Shown here in pieces: positions 20,698 to 30,812 of a stretch of 64,000 bases of DNA (its first letter is position 1; every line of letters starts with the position of its first letter). Source of the DNA: Arcobacteraceae bacterium (GTDB lineage Bacteria; Campylobacterota; Campylobacteria; Campylobacterales; Arcobacteraceae). Position numbers and translations under genes: made by a program. The notes below the pieces were generated by a model. The model was not told the DNA's origin. It saw nothing but the letters and a program-made list of their open reading frames with translations, and made no database searches. The stretch covers positions 1 to 64,000 of the forward strand of contig CBDCZH010000007.1 in NCBI GenBank assembly GCA_965224485.1, written 5' to 3'.

Positions 20698-21468
20698 TTA
20701 CTTTAAATTAAACAATAATTCTTTATGAATTTTTTTGTTACTTGCTACTATATATTTTGAATTAAATAAATCATACTCTTTGTTTTGCAAAGATGAAAAC
20801 CAACCACCAGCTTCACTTAAAATTATAAGGCCAGCACTAACATCCCATGCTTTTAAATTCATTTCATAATATCCTTCATAAATCCCACTTGCCACATAAC
20901 ATATGTCTAAAGAAGCAGCACCAAGACGTCTAATATCTTGGCAGAGTGGAAGAACTTTTTTTAATTTATTTATAATATCATTTAAATCTTCTTTATTCGA
21001 AGAACAAGTATAAGGAAAACCAGTTGAAATTAAAGCTTTTGAGAAATCTTTTTCATTTGATACCTTAATCTTTTTTCCATTTAAAAAGGCACCTTTATTA
21101 ACTTGAGCACTATAAAGTTGATCTAAAATTGGATTATAAACAATACCAATAAAAGGTTTTTTGTTTTTATATACTCCAACAGAAATTGCTGTATGAGGAA
21201 GTTTATTAACAAAATTTGTTGTTCCATCAATTGGATCAATTATAATTGAATCGCCAAATACAACAGAAGAATTATCACTCTCTTCTGCAATAATATTAAA
21301 AGTTGGAAACTCTTTTTTAAACTTTTGTTTTAAAAACTCTTCAACTGCTACATCATATTGAGTTACTAAGTCTTTTTTTGCTTTAAAAGTAAGCTCTTTT
21401 GAAGAGTAAAACCCATCTTTAAAAAGCTCACCAGCTTCTTTTATAATTTCTAAAAGTTTTTCTTGCAT
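20698..21468 (-). CDS. suhB: Inositol monophosphatase family protein
   Basis: IDPIDGTTNF and WDVSAG motifs. Confidence 0.9.
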   Translation of the reverse strand: MQEKLLEIIKEAGELFKDGFYSSKELTFKAKKDLVTQYDVAVEEFLKQKFKKEFPTFNIIAEESDNSSVVFGDSIIIDPIDGTTNFVNKLPHTAISVGVYKNKKPFIGIVYNPILDQLYSAQVNKGAFLNGKKIKVSNEKDFSKALISTGFPYTCSSNKEDLNDIINKLKKVLPLCQDIRRLGAASLDICYVASGIYEGYYEMNLKAWDVSAGLIILSEAGGWFSSLQNKEYDLFNSKYIVASNKKIHKELLFNLK

Positions 21469-22754
21469 TAAATTTCCTTTAAAATATTATAAGTAGTTTC
21501 AATCATTTTTGTAATTTCCTCTTTTGTAAAACAATAAGGAGGCATAAAATATATAACATTTCCTAAAGGTCTTATATAAACACCTTCTTTTAAAGCTTTT
21601 TGAAATATGTCAAGACCAATTCTTCTTGAAGGTTCATAACCTTTAATCTCAATCGCACAAATCATTCCTCTTTGTCTTACTTCTAAAACATTTTTCAAAT
21701 CTTTGAATTTTGAAGTTAAACTTCTAATTTGTTCTATTTTTACTAAATTATTTTTTATAGTATTTTCTTTTTCAAAAATATCTAAAACTGCATTTGCTAC
21801 ACTACAAGCAAGAGTATTACCAGTATAAGAGTGAGAATCTAAGAAAGATTTACCTTCATTATATTCACAGTAAAAAGCATCATAAATATCTTGAGTAAAT
21901 AAAACAACAGATAAGGGCATATACCCCCCTGTAATGCCTTTTGATAAACATAAAAAGTCTGGACTTATATTAGCTTGTTCAATTGCAAACATAGTACCAG
22001 TTCTTCCAAAACCAACAGCTACTTCATCTGCTATTAAAAAAACACCAAACTCATCACATAAGGCTCTTAATTTTGTAATATAAGAAGCATCATACATTTT
22101 CATAGAACCAGAACACTGAACAAGTGGTTCAATTATCACTGAATTTACTTTATTTTTATGTTTTCTTAGAACTCTTCTCATATCTTGGATAGCTTCATCT
22201 TCAGGATGTAAAGCAGGAGATTTTGCCTGAACTGTTTTTATTAAAATATCTTCATAAATATCTTTATACAAGCCTGTATCACTAACAGCTAAAGCACCCA
22301 TAGTCTCACCATGATAAGAGTTTTGCAAAGAAACAAATAAAGGTCTGCTCTCACCTTTATTTTTAAAATATTGAAAAGACATTTTTAATGAAATTTCTAT
22401 TGCAGAAGAACCATTATCAGCAAAAAATATTTTTTGTAAGGGTTTAGGAGTTAAGTTTACTAAACGTTTTGCTAAGGTAATTGCTGGTTTATGAGTAAAA
22501 CCTGCAAAAATTACATGCTCTAAATCTTCTAACTGCTCTGCTATTCTTTTATTTATATAATCATTGCTATGTCCAAAAATATTTACCCACCAAGAACTAA
22601 TACAATCTAAGTATCTATTTTCTTCAAAGTCTTCTATATAAGAAGCTTTTGCCTTTTTTATAGGGATTAAGGGCAGTTTTTCATGGTCTTTCATTTGAGA
22701 GCAAGGGTGGAATATATATTTTAAATCTTCTTTCATTAGTTCATTATTAGTCAT
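21468..22754 (-). CDS. bioA: Adenosylmethionine-8-amino-7-oxononanoate transaminase
   Basis: SSWWVN, DEVAVGFGRTG, SKGITGGY (PLP lysine), HSYTGN. Confidence 0.95.
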   Translation of the reverse strand: MTNNELMKEDLKYIFHPCSQMKDHEKLPLIPIKKAKASYIEDFEENRYLDCISSWWVNIFGHSNDYINKRIAEQLEDLEHVIFAGFTHKPAITLAKRLVNLTPKPLQKIFFADNGSSAIEISLKMSFQYFKNKGESRPLFVSLQNSYHGETMGALAVSDTGLYKDIYEDILIKTVQAKSPALHPEDEAIQDMRRVLRKHKNKVNSVIIEPLVQCSGSMKMYDASYITKLRALCDEFGVFLIADEVAVGFGRTGTMFAIEQANISPDFLCLSKGITGGYMPLSVVLFTQDIYDAFYCEYNEGKSFLDSHSYTGNTLACSVANAVLDIFEKENTIKNNLVKIEQIRSLTSKFKDLKNVLEVRQRGMICAIEIKGYEPSRRIGLDIFQKALKEGVYIRPLGNVIYFMPPYCFTKEEITKMIETTYNILKEI

Positions 22755-22796
22755 ATTCTCTTCTTTAATTTAATTTTTTTATATAGTTTTTTTGAT

Positions 22797-22830
22797 AAAT
22801 TTCTTCACTTAAAGAAATTTATGATATAAT
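22797..22830 (+). promoter_or_regulatory. Palindromic operator-like site plus extended -10 promoter
   Basis: AAATTTCTT-N6-AAGAAATTT (22797-22820) directly followed by TGATATAAT (TGnTATAAT). Confidence 0.55.
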
Positions 22831-22836
22831 TATACT

Positions 22837-23021
22837 AGATATAGAATACGTGGAGGTTTAAATGATGGGATTTCTACAATGGTAGAACAATTTACTTTTA
22901 GTATTGTTAAACTTTAAAACAAAAAAAACTACGATAGAGCGTAGAGAAATTAAGTTAGGTAATTTAATTTCATAATCAAAAAAGGGACTTTTATCTTTCT
23001 TAAGATTAGAGTCCCTTTTTT
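22837..23021 (+). ncRNA. Candidate structured small RNA or micro-peptide transcript
   Basis: Own promoter, GGAGG plus a 7-codon ORF (MMGFLQW), four consecutive hairpins, and an intrinsic terminator; the 5' end is estimated from the -10 position. Confidence 0.5.
22978..23021. terminator. Bidirectional intrinsic terminator
   Basis: AAAAAAGGGACT...AGTCCCTTTTTT stem flanked by A and T tracts, between convergent units. Confidence 0.85.
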
Positions 23022-23038
23022 ATTGCTTTATTTTTACC

Positions 23039-24388
23039 TTAATCAAAAGGTAAACTTATTGTAAATTTCACACCTTTAATATTTTTTCCATCAAACTCAT
23101 ATTCTACATTTGAACTAGTAATTGACCCACTAAAATGTTGTGTAATTATTTGATTAGTTCGATATAAACCAATTCCTGTTCCTCTTGCTTGATGTTTAGT
23201 TGTAAAATAAGGTTCAAAAATTTTATCCATAATTTTTTCATCTATTCCCCCTGCACTATCAGTAAAACAAATCAATAAATTATTATCTTCTTTATATGCT
23301 TTAATAAAAAAGTATCTATTTTCATAAGATATTTTATTGTCAACAAAAGCATCTTTTGAGTTATAACAAAGATTAATAAAAGCTTGAATTAAAATATTAT
23401 CATTTACATTAATTTCCAGTTGTTCATCAACTTGAATAAATAATTGAATTGAATTATCTGCAAACATATCTTTTACTAGACTTTGTAGTTTTGAAAAAAT
23501 TGTACGTAAAATATATTTTTTACATATAATTGAATCTTCTTTTATAAACTCTCTAAAATCATCTATGGTTTTTGATAAAAAAGCAGCTTGTTCTAATACA
23601 TCATCTGAACATTGTCTAATACTATCATCACTTACTTCTTTTCCTAAATCAACATATAATTTTAAAGCACTAACAGAAGTAGTAATTGCAGATAAAGGTT
23701 GTCTCCATTGATGTGCTATATTTACCAAAATATCACCCAATGCTGCTATTTTAGATTGAGTTAAAAGAATTTTTTGTTGTTTTAAGTTTTTTTCTTCAAG
23801 ATCTTTGTTTTTATATAGAACAATTAAAGTTAAAATAATTAAAAGAACTATGCTAATTGATAAATATACAAGAAAAATAATTATGGTATAGGTATCTTTT
23901 TCTCTTGAAATTATTCCTTCTACAAGGGTATTATATTTATACATTTCAATAACTTGAACCATTTTACTTATTTTACTTACATTAGAAAATAAAATATCTA
24001 AATCTTTTTTATTAATATTAAAAAGATTTTTCTCCATAATTTCTACATTTTTTCTAATTAAAAGTTTTAATTCTGGTACATTTTTTACATTATCAAAAGA
24101 GAAAGATGTTATAAAACCTTCAGCAGAAGATGTTAAATCAATTGCATCATAAAGTCTATCTTCATTCTTATTAGTTAAAGATTCCCTATAAAATCTAAAA
24201 CCTTTTTCACTTAAAATAGAAACTTTTAAAATATGTCTACTTGCTTCATTTGAAATAAAATAGTTAGCTATATCAACAGATTTTTTAGGTATAAAAACAT
24301 TAAATGAATACCAAAAGTATGAAGATGAGAAAATTAAAAATAAGGCTAAAAAAATAAATTTTTTGATGTTCTTAATATTTCTAAACAT
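23039..24388 (-). CDS. Membrane sensor histidine kinase (no adjacent response regulator)
   Basis: Two TM segments around a periplasmic domain; NIAHQWRQPL H-box; DSAGGI, FEPYFTTK and GTGIGL boxes. Confidence 0.93.
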   Translation of the reverse strand: MFRNIKNIKKFIFLALFLIFSSSYFWYSFNVFIPKKSVDIANYFISNEASRHILKVSILSEKGFRFYRESLTNKNEDRLYDAIDLTSSAEGFITSFSFDNVKNVPELKLLIRKNVEIMEKNLFNINKKDLDILFSNVSKISKMVQVIEMYKYNTLVEGIISREKDTYTIIIFLVYLSISIVLLIILTLIVLYKNKDLEEKNLKQQKILLTQSKIAALGDILVNIAHQWRQPLSAITTSVSALKLYVDLGKEVSDDSIRQCSDDVLEQAAFLSKTIDDFREFIKEDSIICKKYILRTIFSKLQSLVKDMFADNSIQLFIQVDEQLEINVNDNILIQAFINLCYNSKDAFVDNKISYENRYFFIKAYKEDNNLLICFTDSAGGIDEKIMDKIFEPYFTTKHQARGTGIGLYRTNQIITQHFSGSITSSNVEYEFDGKNIKGVKFTISLPFD

Positions 24389-24864
24389 TAGTTAAACTCT
24401 ATACTCTTTATCATCCAAACCCAATTTACAAGATTTTTACTATATTTTTTTATAGAAGGAGTGTAATTTGGAAAAATTATTCGCAAAGGTCCTCTTTGTT
24501 TAAAACCGGCATATTTATCATTAATTTTTGTTGCTAATAATATAGGTTCATTTTCCCACTGATCTTTTTTTATTACAATTGAATAATCATCAATTGCCGT
24601 AAAAGTAACAGATGTTACAGAACTTTTAGCATAAAATTTTACAAAATCACCAATAAGAACTCCACCATACTTACTCATTTTATTTAAATAAGGATCTCTA
24701 ATAGTAAAATCAACATATCCTATTTTCTCTATATCTTTTACACTTACACGTTTACTTATATTTTCTTTTTTTTCACCTAAAAATTTAACTTTTTTTTCAC
24801 CTAAGTATTTTTGCGAAAAAGCACTTGTAAATAAAAGAAAACTTATTAATAAAATCTTTAACAT
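24388..24864 (-). CDS. Exported protein with sulfite-oxidase/molybdopterin-binding-like fold (PruR-like)
   Basis: Signal peptide; AIDDYSIVI, RGPLRIIFP and WVWMIKSIEF motifs; 1-nt overlap with the kinase start. Confidence 0.65.
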   Translation of the reverse strand: MLKILLISFLLFTSAFSQKYLGEKKVKFLGEKKENISKRVSVKDIEKIGYVDFTIRDPYLNKMSKYGGVLIGDFVKFYAKSSVTSVTFTAIDDYSIVIKKDQWENEPILLATKINDKYAGFKQRGPLRIIFPNYTPSIKKYSKNLVNWVWMIKSIEFN

Positions 24865-25083
24865 ATCTTATCCTTTATTCAAAAAAATATTATCTTTTAA
24901 TTATTAAGAACTTTGATTTTATTATTTTGATTATAAATTGTTTATTAATATTTTAAATTATTTTGTATTTTTTGGATTAGGAGAGGTAAGGGAGTTTGTT
25001 TGTATTTTTAGATTTGACTGATTGGGGGAAAGAAATACCCATATAGATTGGATATTTCTTTAGTTCTTGTATTTGCGAGCTTC

Positions 25084-25108
25084 GGTGATGCTATCGCATA
25101 ACACCTAC
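25084..25108 (-). repeat. GTAG-type REP-like palindrome
   Basis: Minus strand GTAG-GTG-TT-ATGC-GATA-GCAT-CACC; a GC-rich hairpin in AT-rich DNA. Confidence 0.5.
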
Positions 25109-25121
25109 ACTTGCGTAAACT

Positions 25122-25146
25122 AAAAGAGTGAAGCAGTTCACTCTTT
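25122..25146 (-). terminator. groEL intrinsic terminator
   Basis: AAAGAGTGAA-CTGC-TTCACTCTTTT hairpin about 12 nt after the stop codon. Confidence 0.75.
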
Positions 25147-25158
25147 CTTAACGTTTAC

Positions 25159-26808
<1,650 letters not shown>

Positions 26809-26844
26809 TTATTTATTCTTTTGTTTTTAATAACTTCTAATTTA

Positions 26845-27102
26845 TTACATAACGCCTATAATATTTTCAACTTCTAATACTAAATAATCTTCTCCATCAA
26901 GAGTAAATTCAGTTCCTCTAAATTGTTCAAAAACAATAGTATCTCCAACTTTTAATTCAGTAACTTCAGAACCAATAGCTTTAACTTCAGCAGTATTTGG
27001 TTTTTCTTTTGCAGAATCAACTAAAATAATCCCACTAGCTGTTTTACTTTCAACTGCTTTTCTCTCAACTAATACTCTTTTTCCTAAAGGTTTAAAATTC
27101 AT
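26845..27102 (-). CDS. groS: Co-chaperonin GroES
   Basis: KPLGKRVLV and TASGIIL mobile loop; upstream of groEL. Confidence 0.98.
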   Translation of the reverse strand: MNFKPLGKRVLVERKAVESKTASGIILVDSAKEKPNTAEVKAIGSEVTELKVGDTIVFEQFRGTEFTLDGEDYLVLEVENIIGVM

Positions 27103-27147
27103 AATCTATCTCCTGTTTATATTTATTAATTTTTTATAATTTGTTAT

Positions 27148-27174
27148 TTGGCACTCTAATTTTTAGAGTGCTAA
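27148..27174 (-). promoter_or_regulatory. CIRCE operator (HrcA)
   Basis: TTAGCACTC-N9-GAGTGCCAA on the minus strand; one mismatch to consensus. Confidence 0.92.
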
Positions 27175-27203
27175 ATTGTATATAATTTTTCTTTTTTTGT
27201 CAA
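27175..27203 (-). promoter_or_regulatory. Sigma70-type groESL promoter
   Basis: TTGACA-N17-TACAAT on the minus strand. Confidence 0.85.
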
Positions 27204-27207
27204 GTAC

Positions 27208-27228
27208 TATGAGCTTCTTTAACTCAAG
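27208..27228 (-). promoter_or_regulatory. HAIR-like operator (HspR)
   Basis: CTTGAGT-N7-GCTCATA versus consensus CTTGAGT-N7-ACTCAAG; just upstream of the -35. Confidence 0.65.
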
Positions 27229-27287
27229 GATGTGAAATCTTTGAAATCGATATAACGAGCATAAATATTTTATCTAATTTAATATTT

Positions 27288-28148
27288 CTATTTATGTCTA
27301 TTTAAATATGTTAAAAGTATCTCTTTTAAACTAGCTTGTAAATTTTCATCAAAAGTACAAAGTGTCTTTTTACATTTCGCACTTAAAGTATCAGCCGCAT
27401 TTATCGCACCTTTAAGACCAAGTAAGTTTACAAATGAGTTTTTTGAACTGTCATTATGTGTAGTTTTTCCTGCTTCTTCTTCACTTAAGGTTTCATCTAT
27501 AATATCATCTTGGATTTGAAATAATAAACCAATATCAATTCCAAAATCATATAATTTATTTTGCATTTTTAAATCATAAGAAGCAATAATTGCTCCCATT
27601 TTTAGAGAACTTGCGATTAATTTAGCCGTTTTATGAATATGTAAAAATTCTAAGTCTTTTAAGTCTAATTTTATATTTTCAAAAAAACAATCTATTGCTT
27701 GACCTATAATCATTCCATCAATTCCACCATTACTTGAAAGAGATTTTATAAGCTCAATCTTAACATCACTGCTTAAAGGAGCATTAGCTAATTCATAAAA
27801 AGCGTGGGTATTTAAAGCATCACCTACTAAAATAGCAGTAACTTCATCATATGAAGTATGAAGTGTTTTAAAACCCCTTCTTAAAGAAGCATCATCCATC
27901 GCTGGTAAGTCATCATGAATTAAAGAATAGGTATGTAACATCTCAAGGCCTAAAGCAACAGGAAGAGCTGAAGGAAGTAAAAGAGGATTTTTAGCTTTTA
28001 TAATTGCCAAAAGTAGCATTGGTCTAAATCTTTTTCCACCTGCAATTAACATATCTTTTAATGCATCTTGAAAATGAGGATGAAAAGATTCTGATTTTGG
28101 AAGATTATTTTCTAAGTATTTTTCAAATTCTTCAAGTATTTTTATCAT
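27288..28148 (-). CDS. ispA: Geranyltranstransferase (polyprenyl synthetase)
   Basis: GGKRFRP, IHDDLPAMD, RRG and FQIQDD motifs. Confidence 0.93.
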   Translation of the reverse strand: MIKILEEFEKYLENNLPKSESFHPHFQDALKDMLIAGGKRFRPMLLLAIIKAKNPLLLPSALPVALGLEMLHTYSLIHDDLPAMDDASLRRGFKTLHTSYDEVTAILVGDALNTHAFYELANAPLSSDVKIELIKSLSSNGGIDGMIIGQAIDCFFENIKLDLKDLEFLHIHKTAKLIASSLKMGAIIASYDLKMQNKLYDFGIDIGLLFQIQDDIIDETLSEEEAGKTTHNDSSKNSFVNLLGLKGAINAADTLSAKCKKTLCTFDENLQASLKEILLTYLNRHK

Positions 28149-28471
28149 TAGTTTTTATTAAAAGAGCCCATTCCACCCATCATATTCATAGCCATCATTT
28201 TTTTATTTTCATCACTTTGTTTTATTACATCATTCATAGCTGAAATTAATAAAATTTGAAGAGAGTCTTTATCATCTAATAAAGAGTCATCAAGCTGTAA
28301 ATCAATTACTTCTGAGTTTCCATTAATTGAGATACTAACCATTCCTCCACCAGATTTTGCGGTAAAAATTGTATTTGAGTTATCATCTTTAGCTTTATTA
28401 GCCATTTCTTGAAACTGCCCCATCATTTCATTTAAGTTTAATTTACTTAAGTCCATTCCATCAAACATCAT
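28148..28471 (-). CDS. YbaB/EbfC nucleoid-associated protein
   Basis: AKSGGGMVS...ING motif, 107 aa. Confidence 0.9.
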   Translation of the reverse strand: MMFDGMDLSKLNLNEMMGQFQEMANKAKDDNSNTIFTAKSGGGMVSISINGNSEVIDLQLDDSLLDDKDSLQILLISAMNDVIKQSDENKKMMAMNMMGGMGSFNKN

Positions 28472-28844
28472 TACTTCCTATTAGTTCATTTGTTATTAAT
28501 TCAATATTATTATTTTCATCAACTATAACAACAGTTGGTTTGTAATTTTCTAGTTCATCACTGTGATACGAAGCATAAGCAATTATAATAATTTTATCAC
28601 CTATTTCAACTTTACGTGCAGCTGCACCATTTAAACAAATATCCTTAGACCCAGCCTTGCCTTTTATTACATAAGTTGCAAAGCGTTCACCATTATTCAC
28701 GTTTACAATTTCAACTTTTTGCCCAACTCTTATTTTAGAAGCTATCATTAAATCTTCATCAATTGTAATTGAACCAACATAATTAAGATTAGCATCACTA
28801 ACTGTTGCTCTGTGAATCTTACTATATAGCATTTCAAATGTCAT
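28461..28844 (-). CDS. panD: Aspartate 1-decarboxylase
   Basis: [16 protein letters not shown] cleavage site, LNGAAAR. Confidence 0.97.
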   Translation of the reverse strand: MTFEMLYSKIHRATVSDANLNYVGSITIDEDLMIASKIRVGQKVEIVNVNNGERFATYVIKGKAGSKDICLNGAAARKVEIGDKIIIIAYASYHSDELENYKPTVVIVDENNNIELITNELIGSNDV

Positions 28845-28860
28845 ATGCTTTGTCCTTCTT

Positions 28861-29223
28861 CTATTTATCTAGCTTTAAAGGTTCTCCCCAAAATTGCTTT
28901 GGTATTAAATACTCATCAATTGGGTTTCCTTTAATTATATGCTCATCAATTATTCTATCAATTCTTTCCTTAGATACTTGTGTATACATATGATGACCTG
29001 GTTCTATTAATAAAACTGGTCCCAGTTGACATCTACCTAAACATGAAGTTCTTATAACTTGAACAGGGCCTAATAAACCTTTCTCCATCATTTTTTGTGC
29101 TAAATAGTTATATAAATCTTTAGTATGTTCATTTACACAACTTGGTTTTGGCATACCTGGAGGTGAACTTTGCTCACACTTAAAGATATAAAAAGTAGGT
29201 TGTGGGATTGCTGGCATTTCCAA
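28861..29223 (-). CDS. Thioredoxin-like [2Fe-2S] ferredoxin
   Basis: Four Cys in the C-x12-C...CLGRC pattern followed by GP. Confidence 0.85.
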   Translation of the reverse strand: MEMPAIPQPTFYIFKCEQSSPPGMPKPSCVNEHTKDLYNYLAQKMMEKGLLGPVQVIRTSCLGRCQLGPVLLIEPGHHMYTQVSKERIDRIIDEHIIKGNPIDEYLIPKQFWGEPLKLDK

Positions 29224-29364
29224 ATTAAATTCCTTTTATTTTTTCTTAAGCGAATTTTAACACAGAATAATTAAAACTTTATAAAATAAGTTTTTTAATG
29301 AACTATTAAAAACATAAATATTATACTACAGCTATTTTAAAATATCAAAGAGTAAGGAAATTAT

Positions 29365-29892
29365 ATGAAAAAAGTATTACTTTTACTTTCATTTTCAATA
29401 TTAGTATTTGCAAGCAATCCAATTGCAATTATGGAAACAAATGCAGGAACTATTGAAATTGAACTAAGAGCAGATTTAGCTCCAAAAGCAGTTGAGAATT
29501 TTATAACACATAGTAAAAATGGTTATTATGATGGTTTAATTTTTCACAGAGTTATAAAAGGTTTTATGATTCAAAGTGGAGATCCAACGGGAACAGGACG
29601 TGCTGGAGAATCAATTTGGAAAAAAGCGTTTAAAGATGAATTCGCTCCTAATGCAGTTTTTGATAAAGCTGGTATTTTAGCTATGGCAAACTCAGGACGA
29701 AATACAAACGGAAGTCAGTTTTTCCTTACAACAGTACCAGCATATTGGTTAAATGGTAAGCATACTATTTTTGGATATGTAAAAAAAGGTATGAATGTAG
29801 TTAGAAAAATAGAAAATACTAAAACATCAGGACAGTATCAAGGTAATAAACCTTTAGTTGCTCAAAAAATTATTAAAATAACAATCAAATAA
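29365..29892 (+). CDS. Exported cyclophilin-type peptidyl-prolyl isomerase
   Basis: Signal peptide; FHRVIKGFMIQ, NGSQFF and HTIFG motifs. Confidence 0.95.
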   Translation: MKKVLLLLSFSILVFASNPIAIMETNAGTIEIELRADLAPKAVENFITHSKNGYYDGLIFHRVIKGFMIQSGDPTGTGRAGESIWKKAFKDEFAPNAVFDKAGILAMANSGRNTNGSQFFLTTVPAYWLNGKHTIFGYVKKGMNVVRKIENTKTSGQYQGNKPLVAQKIIKITIK

Positions 29893-29929
29893 TTAAGAAG
29901 TAATTATTTGTTAAAAGAATAAAGAAGAG

Positions 29930-30391
29930 TTATTTTAACTCTTCTTTATTTACAACAGATTCTATATCCATAATAACTAACATCTCATTATTATCAAGTC
30001 TTACAAAACCTTTTAAATACTTAGAAGGAATTGCTGAACCCATTTCTGAAACAGGTGCTAACATAGATAAATCTATTTTTTGAACATCATCAACTTTGTC
30101 AACAACAATTCCAATCATTCTTTTATCTTCAGTAATAACAGCAATTACAGCTGTATTTTCATTATAAACAATTTCACCCGTATTAAATTTAATTCTTATA
30201 TCTAAAATAGGTACAACTTCACCTCTAAGATTAATTAAACCCTTAACCCAACCATTTACATTTGGTAAAACTGTAATAATTTCTGGGTACGTTAAAATTT
30301 CTCTAATTTTTGGTAATTCAATAGCATATTGCATGCTACCTAATTCAAAAGTCATATATTCATAGGTATTTGTGTATGAATCTTCTTCCAT
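29930..30391 (-). CDS. cheW: Chemotaxis coupling protein CheW
   Basis: GLINLRGEVVPILD and GIVVD motifs; start set at ATG 30391 after an AGGAG RBS. Confidence 0.93.
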   Translation of the reverse strand: MEEDSYTNTYEYMTFELGSMQYAIELPKIREILTYPEIITVLPNVNGWVKGLINLRGEVVPILDIRIKFNTGEIVYNENTAVIAVITEDKRMIGIVVDKVDDVQKIDLSMLAPVSEMGSAIPSKYLKGFVRLDNNEMLVIMDIESVVNKEELK

Positions 30392-30399
30392 TTTTTCTC

Positions 30400-30798
30400 C
30401 TATTCTTGTGCTTTCCACTCTTTGTATAATGCAATATGTGCATCAATTTCTTCTGTTGTAGCTTTTCGTCTACAAGATAAATAACCCTTAGAACTATCAC
30501 AAGACTCAAAAGGATAAACTGTTGCATAAACCCAATAATAACCACCAGACTTTGTTGCATTTTTTACATATCCTGTCCAGATCTCGCCTTTCCTAACAGT
30601 ATCCCAAAGTGACTTAAATGCCGCTTTTGGCATATCAGGATGTCTTACTAAACTATGAGGTTTCCCAATTAAATCATCAACTGTATATTCAGCTATTTTA
30701 CAAAAATCATCATTTGCAAATTTTATCATACCTTTTTCGTCAGTCTCACTAACTAAAAAAGAATTTTCATCTAAAAGTGTTTCTTGATCTCTTGCCAT
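30400..30798 (-). CDS. Stand-alone Aer/CetB-like PAS protein
   Basis: SETDEKG, PHSLVRHPDMP, LWDT and VKN...GYYWV motifs of FAD-binding Aer-type PAS domains. Confidence 0.9.
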   Translation of the reverse strand: MARDQETLLDENSFLVSETDEKGMIKFANDDFCKIAEYTVDDLIGKPHSLVRHPDMPKAAFKSLWDTVRKGEIWTGYVKNATKSGGYYWVYATVYPFESCDSSKGYLSCRRKATTEEIDAHIALYKEWKAQE

Positions 30799-30812
30799 AA
30801 TTAATTCCTTTT

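Noticed and set aside
22883..22885. In-frame TAG as a possible pyrrolysine or recoded codon
   Set aside because: No pyl genes in the window, and TAG serves as a normal stop in many genes here
24970..25060. Purine-rich GGA/GGGGG stretch with a weak inverted repeat
   Set aside because: No clear promoter, terminator or second copy; not enough to call an sRNA
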